32,000 nucleotides of DNA. It comes from Candidatus Saccharimonadota bacterium. Its GTDB lineage: Bacteria > Pseudomonadota > Gammaproteobacteria > Burkholderiales > Burkholderiaceae. The position numbers and the translations under genes were made by a program. This document shows positions 9,714-19,969 of the stretch, one piece after another (within the stretch, counting starts at the first letter, position 1; each line of letters opens with the position of its first letter). Below the pieces are notes generated by a model. That model searched no databases. It was not told where the DNA came from and worked only from the letters and a program-made list of their open reading frames with translations. The stretch is from NCBI RefSeq assembly GCF_964019745.1, contig NZ_OZ026462.1, positions 1-32,000 of the forward strand, written 5' to 3'.

Positions 9714-11360
9714 ATGAAAAATATTAAAAGAGAAAAAATAAAATTTGATGTGATAATTATTGGAGGAGGAGTAGCAGGATTATCTGCTGCTATACATATT
9801 AAACAATTAGCAAATATTTCAAGACAAAAAATTACAGTTTGTATTTTAGAAAAAGGAAATTATATTGGTTCACATATTATTTCTGGAGCAATTATGAATC
9901 CAATATCTATTTCTGAATTATTTCCTAATTGGTTAAAACTTCAATTTCCTATTGAAAAAAAAGTTATAAATGAAAAATTTTTTTTTTTAAGTAAAACAAA
10001 ATCTTATAAATTACCAATTTGGTTTTTGCCTAAATCTTTTAAAAATAAAAATAATTATATAGTGTCTTTAACAAAAGTTACTCAATGGTTAGGAAAAAAA
10101 GCAGAAAATTTAGGTATAGAAATTTTTCCAGGGTTTTCAGTAACAAAAATTTTATTTAATAAAAATCAAATTGTAAAAGGTGTAATAACTAAAGATTTAG
10201 GAATTGATAAAAATAATATAAAAACAAAAAAATTTCAATTAGGAATAGAATTACATGCAAAATATACTTTTTTTGCTGAAGGTGCAAGAGGTAATTTAGC
10301 AAAACAATTAATAAAAAAATATAATTTAAATAAAAATAAAGATCCTCAAAAATATTCTTTAGGTATAAAAGAAATTTGGGAAATTAATAAAAATTTTTAT
10401 AAACCTGGAACTATAATTCATACATTTGGATGGCCTTTTAATAAAAATTTAAATGGTGGTTCATTTTTATATCATATAAAAAATCAACAAATTTCTATAG
10501 GTTGTATAATAAGTTTATCTTATAATAATCCATATATTTCTCCACATGAAGAATTTCAAAAATATAAAACACATCCTAAAATTAAAAAAATTCTTATTAA
10601 TGCTAAAAGAATAGCATATGGAGCAAGATCTATAAATATTGGTGGTATAAATTCTATACCAAATTTAATTTTTCCAGGAGGAATTATTATTGGGTGTAAT
10701 GCAGGCTTTTTAAATGCTTCTAGTGCTAAAGGAATTCATACTTCTATTAAAAGCGGAATGTTAGCAGCAAAATCAGTTAATGATGCTATAAAAAATTTTA
10801 GAAAACATGACAAATTAAAATCATTTAATAATATTTTTAAAAATTCTTGGTTATATGAAGAATTATATAAAGTTAGAAATTTTAATTCATTAATAAATAA
10901 AGGTTTTATAGGTAAAATTTTAATTGGTATAGAACAAAAAATTTTTCAAGGAAAAATTCCTTATACTTTACATATAAAAAAAGAAGATTATAAATATTTA
11001 AAACCAATTTCAAATTTTAAAAAAATTAAATATTTAAAACATGATGAAAAATTAACTTTTAGTAAATTATCTTCTATTTTTTATTCAAATGTTAATCATA
11101 CAGAAAATCAACCTTCACATTTAATAATAAAAAATTATAAATTACAAGAAAAAATAAGTTTTAAAGTATATGGAGGGCCAGAAGAAAAATATTGTCCAGC
11201 AAATGTTTATGAATATACTATTAAAAATAATATAAATAAATTAAAAATTAATTTTCAAAATTGTATACATTGTAAAACTTGTGATATTAAAGATCCTTTT
11301 CAAAATATTACTTGGATACCCCCAGAAGGTGGTGGTGGACCTAATTATATTAATATGTAA
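9714..11360 (+). CDS. Electron-transfer flavoprotein:ubiquinone oxidoreductase (ETF-QO)
   Basis: 548 aa. N-terminal FAD fold FDVIIIGGGVAGLSAA. Diagnostic C-terminus CPANVYEY...NCIHCKTCDIKDP..NITWIPPEGGGGPNY (4Fe-4S cluster region), nearly identical in pattern to the mitochondrial and proteobacterial ETF-QO C-terminus. Confidence 0.9.
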   Translation: MKNIKREKIKFDVIIIGGGVAGLSAAIHIKQLANISRQKITVCILEKGNYIGSHIISGAIMNPISISELFPNWLKLQFPIEKKVINEKFFFLSKTKSYKLPIWFLPKSFKNKNNYIVSLTKVTQWLGKKAENLGIEIFPGFSVTKILFNKNQIVKGVITKDLGIDKNNIKTKKFQLGIELHAKYTFFAEGARGNLAKQLIKKYNLNKNKDPQKYSLGIKEIWEINKNFYKPGTIIHTFGWPFNKNLNGGSFLYHIKNQQISIGCIISLSYNNPYISPHEEFQKYKTHPKIKKILINAKRIAYGARSINIGGINSIPNLIFPGGIIIGCNAGFLNASSAKGIHTSIKSGMLAAKSVNDAIKNFRKHDKLKSFNNIFKNSWLYEELYKVRNFNSLINKGFIGKILIGIEQKIFQGKIPYTLHIKKEDYKYLKPISNFKKIKYLKHDEKLTFSKLSSIFYSNVNHTENQPSHLIIKNYKLQEKISFKVYGGPEEKYCPANVYEYTIKNNINKLKINFQNCIHCKTCDIKDPFQNITWIPPEGGGGPNYINM

Positions 11361-12240
11361 ATATTTTTATATAAAATTATATAAATAGTTTAATATTTAA
11401 TATAAATAAAATATTTATATATAATATATAAAAATATTTTATATTATTTAAATAATAATAAAATATAAAAATATATTTATATTTATATAAAATTATATTA
11501 AAATATTAATATTTAAAATAATAATAATGTAATTAAAAAATAATTTAATTTTAAAAAATTTATATATTTCAATTTTATTAAAATATAAATTTAATTTATT
11601 AATTTATAATATTATAAAAAATAATTTAAATATTTTAATAAAAATTTTATTATTTAAAAAATATAAAAATAAATTTTTTTAAAAAAAATTTATAATTTTT
11701 TTTTTATATTTTATAAAAATAAATATATAAAAAAAATTAAAAATTTTATTTTTTTTAAATAATATTTATAAAATAAATCATATATAAATTATTATTTAAA
11801 AATTATAAAAATTTTAATAAATATATATTTCATTTATTTAAATTTTAAAAAAATTTATTTTATATAAATAATAAATATAAATATTTATATTTATATTTAT
11901 ATTTAAAAAAATAAAAATTAATATTTTTTTATTTTTAAAATAATTATTAAAAATATTAATTTTAAAATTAAAAATATTTAAAAATAATAATATTAAATTA
12001 TTTAAAAAATAATATATATAAAAAATATATATATAACAAAAATTATAATATTTTTTAAAAAATTAATTTAATATTTTTTTCATAAAATTTAAAATATATT
12101 TTATTAAAAATAATTTTTTTATAAAAAATATAAATAAAAAAAAATATTAAATATAAATAAAATTTTTATTTATAATTTTTATATAAAATTATTTAATTTA
12201 ATAAAATTTAATTAAAAATTAAATAATATAATAAATTATT
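11361..12240. other. 880-nt non-coding spacer of almost pure A+T (7 G/C by my count), with no ORF in the track
   Basis: Direct count. The G/C are at 11388, 11529, 11570, 11779, 11831, 12037 and 12081 only, with G/C-free runs of over 200 nt. Contains a small (ATATTT)x4 microsatellite at 11881-11904. Confidence 0.9.
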
Positions 12241-12314
12241 ACGGTTGTAGCTCAGTGGAATAGAGTTCTTGGCTACGAACCAAGAGGTCGTAGGTTCAAT
12301 TCCTACCAACCGTA
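12241..12314 (+). tRNA. tRNA-Arg (anticodon ACG)
   Basis: Hand-folded cloverleaf. Acceptor ACGGTTG/CAACCGT, D-arm GCTC-AGTGGAATA-GAGT, anticodon arm CTTGG-CTACGAA-CCAAG (anticodon ACG), variable AGGTC, T-arm GTAGG-TTCAATT-CCTAC, discriminator A. No encoded CCA. Confidence 0.9.
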
Positions 12315-12343
12315 TTATTTTATATAAAAATTCAATAATAAAA

Positions 12344-14047
12344 ATGAAATCTAATAATTTTTTAAAAAAAATCATAAATTCTAATTTATTTTCTAAAAAA
12401 TTTATTAATCGTTTAGATAATAAAGGAAAAATTTTACCTAAAATAATCACTAGATTTCCTCCAGAACCTAATGGTTATTTACATATAGGTCATGCAAAAT
12501 CTATTTTTATAAATTTTGGTTTAGCAAAATTATATAAAGGAAAATGTAATTTAAGATTTGACGATACTAATCCTGAAAAAGAAAAAAAAGAATATATTCT
12601 TGATATAATAAATTCAATAAAATGGTTAGGTTTTAATTTAAAATATAAAAAAAAAAAAAATATATTTTATGCAAGTGATTATTTTAAAAAAATATATAAT
12701 ATTACAAAAAAATTAATACTTTTTAATAAAGCTTATATAGATGAACAAAATATTAAAGAAATACAAAAAACTCGCGGGACTTTAATTAAAAAAGGTATTA
12801 ATTCTCCTTGGAGAAATAGACCAATAGAAGAATCATTAAATCTTTTTAAAAAAATGCGTAAAGGAAAATATAAAAATGGAAGTTTATGTGTAAGAGCCAA
12901 AATAGATATGTTAAATTCAAATATTAATTTAAGAGATCCAGTTATATATAGAATTCGTCATATTTATCATTATAAAACAAAAAATAAATGGTGTATTTAT
13001 CCCACATATATTTATGCACATCCAATAGAAGATGCTTTAGAATATATTACTCATTCATTTTGTACATTAGAATTTGCAGATCAAAGACCATTTTATAATT
13101 GGGTATTAAAAAATTTATATAAATTAAAAATTTTTAAAAAACCACTTCCAAAACAATATGAATTTTCTAGATTAAATTTAACACATACTTTAACAAGTAA
13201 ACGAAAATTAAAACAATTAATAAAACAAAATATTGTTTCTGGTTGGGATGATCCTCGTTTACCAACAATTTCTGGTTTACGTAGAAGAGGATATACACCA
13301 AAATCAATTAAAATATTATGTGAAAAAATTGGTATTACTAAAAATAATAGTTTTATTGAATATAAAATTTTAGAAAATTCTTTAAGAGAAGATTTAGAAC
13401 ATAAAGTTCCTAGAATTATGGTTGTTTTAAAACCTATAAAACTTATTATAGATAATTTAGAAAAAGATAAAATTATTAATTGTATAGCTCCAAGTTATCC
13501 TAAAAATCATATTTTATATAAAAAAAAATATAGAAAATTTTTATTAACTAAAAATATATGGATAGAAAAAGAAGATTTTTCAGAAAATCCTTCAAAAGAT
13601 TTTTTTAGATTATCTTTAGGAAATAAAGTTAGATTAAAATATTCATATATAATAAAATGTACAAAAATTGATAAAGATAATAATAATAATATTCTTGCTA
13701 TACATTGTATATATTATCCTAATAGTAATATAAATAATTTAAATAAAAATAAATATAAAGTTAAAAGTAATATTCATTGGGTTAGTAAAAAATTTGCAAT
13801 TAAAATAGAAGTTAGATTATTTAATCATTTATTTAAAAATCCTAAACCAAATTTAAATGATAAAATTAATAAAAATTCAATAGAAATATTAAAATCTTAT
13901 TCGGAAATAACTTTAAAAAAAACAAAATTTAAAAAAATTTTTCAATTTGAAAGACAAGGTTATTTTATTTATGATAAAATAAATCATACAATTGAAAACC
14001 CAGTTTTTAATAGAATTGTACCTTTAAAAAATAATATTTTTAAATAA
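12344..14047 (+). CDS. glnS: Glutaminyl-tRNA synthetase
   Basis: The track ORF starts at 12269, inside the tRNA. The ATG at 12344 (MKSNNF...) is the plausible start. TRFPPEPNGYLHIGHAKSIFINFGLAKLYKGKCNLRFDDTNPEKE closely matches the E. coli GlnS N-terminus. The LTSKRKL motif (MSK-type) is present. Confidence 0.95.
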   Translation: MKSNNFLKKIINSNLFSKKFINRLDNKGKILPKIITRFPPEPNGYLHIGHAKSIFINFGLAKLYKGKCNLRFDDTNPEKEKKEYILDIINSIKWLGFNLKYKKKKNIFYASDYFKKIYNITKKLILFNKAYIDEQNIKEIQKTRGTLIKKGINSPWRNRPIEESLNLFKKMRKGKYKNGSLCVRAKIDMLNSNINLRDPVIYRIRHIYHYKTKNKWCIYPTYIYAHPIEDALEYITHSFCTLEFADQRPFYNWVLKNLYKLKIFKKPLPKQYEFSRLNLTHTLTSKRKLKQLIKQNIVSGWDDPRLPTISGLRRRGYTPKSIKILCEKIGITKNNSFIEYKILENSLREDLEHKVPRIMVVLKPIKLIIDNLEKDKIINCIAPSYPKNHILYKKKYRKFLLTKNIWIEKEDFSENPSKDFFRLSLGNKVRLKYSYIIKCTKIDKDNNNNILAIHCIYYPNSNINNLNKNKYKVKSNIHWVSKKFAIKIEVRLFNHLFKNPKPNLNDKINKNSIEILKSYSEITLKKTKFKKIFQFERQGYFIYDKINHTIENPVFNRIVPLKNNIFK

Positions 14048-14069
14048 ATTTATTATATTTTAAAATAAA

Positions 14070-14091
14070 TATATTTTATATATAAAATATA
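14070..14091. terminator. 22-bp perfect A/T-only palindrome between the convergent glnS and tilS genes (candidate bidirectional hairpin)
   Basis: TATATTTTATA|TATAAAATATA read directly, in the 54-nt gap between two convergent stop codons. There is no G/C in the stem, so function is speculative. Confidence 0.2.
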
Positions 14092-14101
14092 ATATTAATT
14101 A

Positions 14102-15529
14102 TTATTTTTTTGGAAAAATATTTTTCCAATATAAAATAACATAATTATTTTTAGGATCTAAAATAGATTTAAAAATAAAATTTATACCTATACCAGAAGC
14201 ATAAATAATTTTATTATTTTTTAAAGAAATTATTGGTAAATAATTTCTCTCCCAACTAGGAATTTTATTTTCTTGATAAATTTTTTTTAATTTTTTTGTA
14301 AATTTTTTTTTATATAATTTTATTTTATCTTTATTATTTTTATATCTAATAAATAATTTTTGTTTAAGTAACCAATTTATAGATATTCCATAATTATTTT
14401 TTTTAAAATAAAGTAAACCAAAAAAATTAGGAAAATTTATTTTTATTTCTCCTTTCCAATAAAAAGTTTGTAATAAAATTTTTTTTTTAAAATTATATGA
14501 AATATTAGTAATAAAAATATAATTTTGATAACTACGTATATAAATATTTTGATATTTTATAAAAATGTTAGAATTTAATTTAAAATTTATTATTTGTCTT
14601 CTAAATTCTTTCAAAAAAGCTGTTGAAGGTAAATATAAATTATTAAATTTAAACCAATAACGTAATAAATTATCAATTCTTTTTATATTTAATAAATTTT
14701 TAACTTTTAAAATATTTAAATTATTATTTTTAATACATTTTTTTAAATCATTTTTTGCTAAATTTTTTAATAATTTTTCTGTTGTTTTTGAATGATATAA
14801 AATACGTAAAATAGATTTTTTAAACCCAGGAAACTTTTTTATAAAAAAAGGTATTATTTTATTTCTTAACAAATTTCTTTTATATTTATTATTTTTATTA
14901 GAATTATCTTTTATATAAGATATATTTTTATTATTAACATAATTTTCTAAAGATTTTCTAGATATATTTAATAAAGGACGAAAAATAAAAATTTTTATAT
15001 TTTTAATAAAAATAGGAATTTTTGAAAATTTATGCATACCAGAAATTCCTAAAATTCCAGAACCTCTTAAGATTCTAAATAAAATTGTTTCTATTTGATC
15101 ATTTTTATGATGTGCAGTTAAAAGCAATTTAATATTATTTTTTTTACATAATTTTTTTAAAGCAAAATATCTTTTAATACGTAAAATTTCTTCTGATTTT
15201 TTTTTATTATTAATATTAATTTTTAAAGAATAAGATTCGAAAAAAATATTTAAAAATAAACATTTTTTTTTACAAAAATTTTGCCATAAATTAGAATTAA
15301 TATTTATATTATGATTTATATAAAAAACAAATAATTTAATTTTAAATTTTTTTGTAAATATTATTAACATATCTAACAAACAAGAAGAATCTAAACCACC
15401 ACTATAAGATAACGCTATTTTATTATATATAGAAAAAAATTTTTTATCTTTAAAAATTAAATAAAATTTATTATAAAATTTATAAAAAGAATTTATTAAA
15501 TTTTTTTCAAAAATATTATAAATATTCAT
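14102..15529 (-). CDS. tilS: tRNA(Ile)-lysidine synthase
   Basis: 475 aa. PP-loop ALSYSGGLDSSCLL and LLTAHHKNDQIETILFRILRGSG, which is typical of TilS. Confidence 0.9.
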   Translation of the reverse strand: MNIYNIFEKNLINSFYKFYNKFYLIFKDKKFFSIYNKIALSYSGGLDSSCLLDMLIIFTKKFKIKLFVFYINHNININSNLWQNFCKKKCLFLNIFFESYSLKININNKKKSEEILRIKRYFALKKLCKKNNIKLLLTAHHKNDQIETILFRILRGSGILGISGMHKFSKIPIFIKNIKIFIFRPLLNISRKSLENYVNNKNISYIKDNSNKNNKYKRNLLRNKIIPFFIKKFPGFKKSILRILYHSKTTEKLLKNLAKNDLKKCIKNNNLNILKVKNLLNIKRIDNLLRYWFKFNNLYLPSTAFLKEFRRQIINFKLNSNIFIKYQNIYIRSYQNYIFITNISYNFKKKILLQTFYWKGEIKINFPNFFGLLYFKKNNYGISINWLLKQKLFIRYKNNKDKIKLYKKKFTKKLKKIYQENKIPSWERNYLPIISLKNNKIIYASGIGINFIFKSILDPKNNYVILYWKNIFPKK

Positions 15530-15740
15530 AAAAATTTAAATTAATAATTTTATTATTAAAATAAAAATTATTTTTTATATTATTTAATAATTTAATAATA
15601 AATTTTTTTAAAAAAATTAAATTTTTTTAATTTTTTTTTATTAAATTAATTTTTAAATTTTTTTATAATTTGAAAAAAATTTTAATTTTTAAAATATATT
15701 AATTTTTTAAAAAAAAAATATTTATTTATATATTTAATAA

Positions 15741-15997
15741 ACTTAATAAACTTAATAAACTTAATAAACTTAATAAACTTAATAAACTTAATAAACTTAA
15801 TAAACTTAATAAACTTAATAAACTTAATAAACTTAATAAACTTAATAAACTTAATAAACTTAATAAACTTAATAAACTTAATAAACTTAATAAACTTAAT
15901 AAACTTAATAAAGTTAATAAAGTTAATAAAGTTAATAAAGTTAATAAAGTTAATAAAGTTAATAAAGTTAATAAAGTTAATAAAGTTAATAAAGTTA
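15741..15997. repeat. Tandem 9-mer array in two perfect blocks: (ACTTAATAA)x19 at 15741-15911, then (AGTTAATAA)x9 at 15912-15992, plus degenerate end copies
   Basis: Counted directly. One degenerate copy, ATTTAATAA, precedes the array at 15732-15740, and AGTTATTT trails it. Lies in the 592-nt spacer downstream of dnaJ and upstream of tilS. Confidence 0.95.
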
Positions 15998-16121
15998 TTT
16001 ATTATTTCAAAATTTTTTTATTTAATTTTTTATTTAATTAAAAATATTTATAATTTAAAAATATAATATATTTAAATATTAAATTTAATTAAAAATATTT
16101 TTTTAAATTTAAATTTAATAA

Positions 16122-17258
16122 TTATTCAAAAAATTCCTTAACTTTATCTAACCAAGTTTTAATTGCTGGAGAATGTTTCATTTTACTATTAATAGATTTT
16201 TCAAATTCAATTAATATTTTTTTTTGTTTTTGTGTTAAACGTATAGGAGTTTCAATAATTATTTGACATAATAAATCACCAAAAAAATTAGAATTTACAT
16301 TTTTTATACCTTTTCCTCTTATACGAAAAATTTTCCCAGATTGTGTACCTTCAGAAATATTAAATTTAATTTTTTTATCAAGAGTAGGAATTTCTATTTC
16401 TCCACCTAATGTTGCTTTAACAAAAGATATAGGAGTTATACAATGTAAATTATCTCCTTCTCTTCTAAAAACATCATGATTTAAAATATTTATTTCTATA
16501 TATAAATCACCTCTAGAACCACCATTAGAACCTAAATTACCTTCACCTTTAAAACAAATTCGAGCACCATTATTAATACCTACAGGAATTTTAACATCTA
16601 AAGTTTTTTTTATTTTAGAAAATCCTCGTCCTATACATATAGGGCATTTTGTTAATATAACTTTTCCTTTTCCATTACATTTATGACAACTTTGTTGAAT
16701 ACTAAAAAAACCTTGTTGCATACGAACTTCTCCACAACCATTACAATGAATACAATTAACTAAAGGTGCATTAAATTTAGAACCAGTAGAACCAGAACCA
16801 TTACAAGGTTTACATCTTACCCAAATAGGAACATCAACTTTTAAAGTTGCTCCTTTAGCAGATTGTTCTAAAGTTATTTTAATTTTAAAAGATGTATCAG
16901 AACCTCTACGAGGCCTTGGTTTTCTAACATTAGTATTTTTTTTATTAAAATTATTACTACTAGTGCCACTAAAAATATCACTAAAAATATCACCAAAAAT
17001 ATCAGAAAAATTAGTATTATCAACATTAGAATCTCTATTAAAATTTCCACCAGAATGTCCAAATCTATCATAAGATCTTCTTTTTTGAGGATCAGATAAT
17101 ACTTCATAAGCTTCTTTAAATTTTTCTTCTGCTTCTTTATTATTTAAATTACGATCTGGATGATATTTCATTGCTAATCTACGATAAGTTTTTTTTATAT
17201 CAATATTAGTTGCCCCTCTAGGCAAACCTAATACATGATAAAAATCACGTTTAATCAT
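16122..17258 (-). CDS. dnaJ: Chaperone DnaJ (Hsp40)
   Basis: 378 aa. J-domain with HPD (KYHPDRN) and four CxxCxGxG zinc-finger repeats ([32 protein letters not shown]). Confidence 0.97.
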   Translation of the reverse strand: MIKRDFYHVLGLPRGATNIDIKKTYRRLAMKYHPDRNLNNKEAEEKFKEAYEVLSDPQKRRSYDRFGHSGGNFNRDSNVDNTNFSDIFGDIFSDIFSGTSSNNFNKKNTNVRKPRPRRGSDTSFKIKITLEQSAKGATLKVDVPIWVRCKPCNGSGSTGSKFNAPLVNCIHCNGCGEVRMQQGFFSIQQSCHKCNGKGKVILTKCPICIGRGFSKIKKTLDVKIPVGINNGARICFKGEGNLGSNGGSRGDLYIEINILNHDVFRREGDNLHCITPISFVKATLGGEIEIPTLDKKIKFNISEGTQSGKIFRIRGKGIKNVNSNFFGDLLCQIIIETPIRLTQKQKKILIEFEKSINSKMKHSPAIKTWLDKVKEFFE

Positions 17259-17324
17259 ATAAAAAAATTTTCTCCTTTATTATTTTAAAAAAATTTTGTA
17301 TTTGTAATATAAAAATTTAATAAA

Positions 17325-19238
17325 TTATTTTACTTCCTTATAATCAGTATCTTCAGCATTATTTTTAGTAGAATTATTTATATCTTCTGTTGAAGAAGGT
17401 GTAGATTCTTCTTTAGATAAATCTTCTTTATATTTTTTACTTAATTTATCAACTATTTTCATTAAAGTATTAATTTTTATATTTATAGAATCTTTTTGAT
17501 CAGTTTTAAGAATTTCTTCTAATTCTTTAATAGAAGTTTCTACTTGTTTTTTTTCTGAATTAGTTAATTTATCAATAAATTTTGAAAGCATTTTTTTTGT
17601 AGAATGTACTAAAGATTCACCTTGATTACGAACTTCCGCTAATTCTTTTAAACGAAGATCTTCTTTAGAATTAATTTCAGCATCACGAATCATTTTTTTA
17701 ATTTCCTCTTCTTTTAAACCAGAATTCGCTCTAATAGTAATTTTATTTTCTTTTCCTGTAGCTTTATCTTTAGCAGTAACATGTAAAATTCCATTTGCAT
17801 CAATATCAAAAGTTACTTCAATTTGTGGTACTCCTCTAGGAGCACTTGGAATTCCTTCTAAATTAAATTCTCCTAAAAATTTATTATAAGTTGCTATACT
17901 TCTTTCACCTTGATATATTTTTACAGTTACAGCTGCTTGATTATCTTCCGCAGTAGAAAATACTTGACTAAATTTTGTAGGTATAGTAGTATTTTTATTA
18001 ATCATTTTTGTCATAACACTTCCTAAAGTTTCAATTCCTAAAGAAAGAGGAGTAACATCTAATAATAATAAATCTTTTCTATCTCCAGATAATACAGAAC
18101 CTTGAATAGCAGCTCCTACAGCTACTGCTTCATCAGGATTTACATCTTTCCTAGGTTCTTTTTTAAAAAAATTTCTTACTTTTTCTTGAACTTTAGGCAT
18201 ACGAGTCATACCACCAACAAGTATTATATCGGAAATCTCAGAAATTTTTATTTTTGCATCATTAATAGCTATTGAACAAGGTTTAATAGTTTTATCAATT
18301 AAATCTTCTACTAAAGATTCTAATTTTGCTCTTGTAATTTTTAAATTTAAATGTGCAGGAACATTATTATTCATAGCAATATAAGGTTCATTAATTTCTG
18401 TTTGTTGAGAAGAAGATAATTCAATTTTCGCTCTTTCTGCTGAAGCTTTAATACGTTGTAAAGCTATTGCATCTTTTGATAAATCTATTCCATTATTTTT
18501 TTTAAATTCTTTAATAATATAATCTATTATTCTTTGATCAAAATCTTCTCCACCTAAAAATGTATCTCCATTAGTAGATAACACTTCAAATTGTTTTTCA
18601 CCTTCTACATCTGCAATTTCAATCACAGAAACATCAAAAGTCCCACCTCCTAAATCATAAACAACAATTTTTTTATCACCTCTTTCAGATTTATCTAAAC
18701 CAAATGCTAAAGCAGCAGCAGTAGGTTCATTAATAATTCTTTTTACTTCTAATCCAGCAATTCTACCAGCATCTTTAGTAGCTTGACGTTGAGCATCATT
18801 AAAATAAGCTGGTACAGTTATAACTGCTTCTAAAATTACTTCTCCCATATAATCTTCAGCAGTTTTTTTCATTTTACGCAAAACTTCAGCAGAAATTTGT
18901 TGAGGAGCAATTTTTTTACCTCTAACATTAATCCAAGCATCACCATTTTCTGCTTGAATTATTTTATAAGGCATCATACTAATATCTTTTTGTACTTCTT
19001 TTTCAATAAATTTACGTCCAATTAATCTTTTTGCAGCATAAATTGTATTTTGAGGATTAGTAACAGCTTGACGTTTTGCAGGAGCTCCTACTAAAATTTC
19101 CCCATTCTCTTGATAAGCAACAACTGAAGGTGTAGTTCTAGAACCTTCAGAATTTTCTATAACTTTTGATTTATTATTTTCCATAATAGAAACACATGAA
19201 TTAGTAGTACCTAAATCAATACCAATAATTTTTGTCAT
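17325..19238 (-). CDS. dnaK: Chaperone DnaK (Hsp70)
   Basis: 637 aa. [22 protein letters not shown], and betaproteobacterial-type stretches [19 protein letters not shown] and [24 protein letters not shown]-like AAGGA lies about 6 nt upstream of the ATG (19242-19246, minus strand). Confidence 0.99.
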   Translation of the reverse strand: MTKIIGIDLGTTNSCVSIMENNKSKVIENSEGSRTTPSVVAYQENGEILVGAPAKRQAVTNPQNTIYAAKRLIGRKFIEKEVQKDISMMPYKIIQAENGDAWINVRGKKIAPQQISAEVLRKMKKTAEDYMGEVILEAVITVPAYFNDAQRQATKDAGRIAGLEVKRIINEPTAAALAFGLDKSERGDKKIVVYDLGGGTFDVSVIEIADVEGEKQFEVLSTNGDTFLGGEDFDQRIIDYIIKEFKKNNGIDLSKDAIALQRIKASAERAKIELSSSQQTEINEPYIAMNNNVPAHLNLKITRAKLESLVEDLIDKTIKPCSIAINDAKIKISEISDIILVGGMTRMPKVQEKVRNFFKKEPRKDVNPDEAVAVGAAIQGSVLSGDRKDLLLLDVTPLSLGIETLGSVMTKMINKNTTIPTKFSQVFSTAEDNQAAVTVKIYQGERSIATYNKFLGEFNLEGIPSAPRGVPQIEVTFDIDANGILHVTAKDKATGKENKITIRANSGLKEEEIKKMIRDAEINSKEDLRLKELAEVRNQGESLVHSTKKMLSKFIDKLTNSEKKQVETSIKELEEILKTDQKDSINIKINTLMKIVDKLSKKYKEDLSKEESTPSSTEDINNSTKNNAEDTDYKEVK

Positions 19239-19284
19239 ATTTTTCCTTATATTTATAAAAATTTTTATTTAATTTTAAAAAATA

Positions 19285-19887
19285 TTATTCTTTTTTTTTT
19301 GCTACTATTACTAAAGCTGGGCGTAATAAACGATCATATAACATATATCCTTTTTGTAAAACATCAACTATAGTATTATTTTCTTGTTCAGAAATAATTA
19401 TAGATATAGCTTGATGTTTCATAGGGTCTAAACATTCTCCAATTTTTGGAGAAATTTCTATAAAACTATTTTTATCAAAAATATTAGATAATTGTTTTAA
19501 AGTTAAATTAATACCACTTTTTAAAACTTCTATTGAAGAAATATTTATTTTTAAAGAACTTTCTAAACTATCTCTAATAGGCAATAAAGATTTAGCAAAT
19601 TTATATATAGAATATTTATATATTTTTTTAATCTCATTTTGAAAACGTTTACTATTATTTTCTATTTCTGCTCTAGCTCTTAAAAAAGCTTCTTTAACTT
19701 TTTTAAATTTTTTTTTAATTTTAATTATTTTTTTTTTTAACTTTTTTTTTTTTATTAAACATAAAGAAATTTTATTTTTTTTATTATTTTTTTTTTTTTC
19801 AATATTTTCATCTATAATATTAGTTTTTTTACTTCTCTCCTCTAAATTCTTAAAAATATTACTATTTTTTTTAATATTTTTATCCAT
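19285..19887 (-). CDS. grpE: Nucleotide exchange factor GrpE
   Basis: 200 aa. RARAEIENNSKRFQNE...FAKSLLPIRDSLE matches the GrpE core. First gene of the grpE-dnaK-dnaJ cluster. Confidence 0.9.
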   Translation of the reverse strand: MDKNIKKNSNIFKNLEERSKKTNIIDENIEKKKNNKKNKISLCLIKKKKLKKKIIKIKKKFKKVKEAFLRARAEIENNSKRFQNEIKKIYKYSIYKFAKSLLPIRDSLESSLKINISSIEVLKSGINLTLKQLSNIFDKNSFIEISPKIGECLDPMKHQAISIIISEQENNTIVDVLQKGYMLYDRLLRPALVIVAKKKE

Positions 19888-19940
19888 ATAATTATTTTAA
19901 ATAAGTTAATATATTTTTTAAAAAAAAATTAATATTCATA

Positions 19941-19969
19941 ATTATAATTAATTAATTAATTAAATTCAA
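19941..19969 (-). promoter_or_regulatory. Candidate sigma70-like promoter for grpE-dnaK-dnaJ: TTGAAT-N17-TATAAT
   Basis: The minus strand reads TTGAAT (19969-19964), a 17-nt spacer, then TATAAT (19946-19941), about 54 nt upstream of the grpE ATG. The G of TTGAAT is one of only three G/C in the non-repeat part of this spacer. TATAAT-like hexamers are frequent by chance in this composition. Confidence 0.25.

Noticed and set aside
12269-12343. N-terminal extension of the glnS ORF (MATNQEVVGSIPTN...)
   Set aside because: The extension starts inside tRNA-Arg and translates the tRNA sequence. The conserved GlnS sequence begins after the ATG at 12344.
12208-12450. 80-aa minus-strand ORF
   Set aside because: It runs antisense through tRNA-Arg (giving the GIEPTTSWF peptide typical of translated tRNA) and the glnS 5' end. 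It is spurious.
15703-16039. Open + frame through the 9-mer array encoding (LNK)19(VNK)9
   Set aside because: There is no ATG, GTG or TTG start after the upstream TAA, and it is absent from the ORF track. The sequence is pure low-complexity generated by the repeat period being a multiple of 3.
16874-17107. 77-aa minus-strand ORF overlapping dnaJ in another frame
   Set aside because: It lies entirely within dnaJ, which has unmistakable J-domain and zinc-finger motifs. It is a low-complexity I/L/V product.
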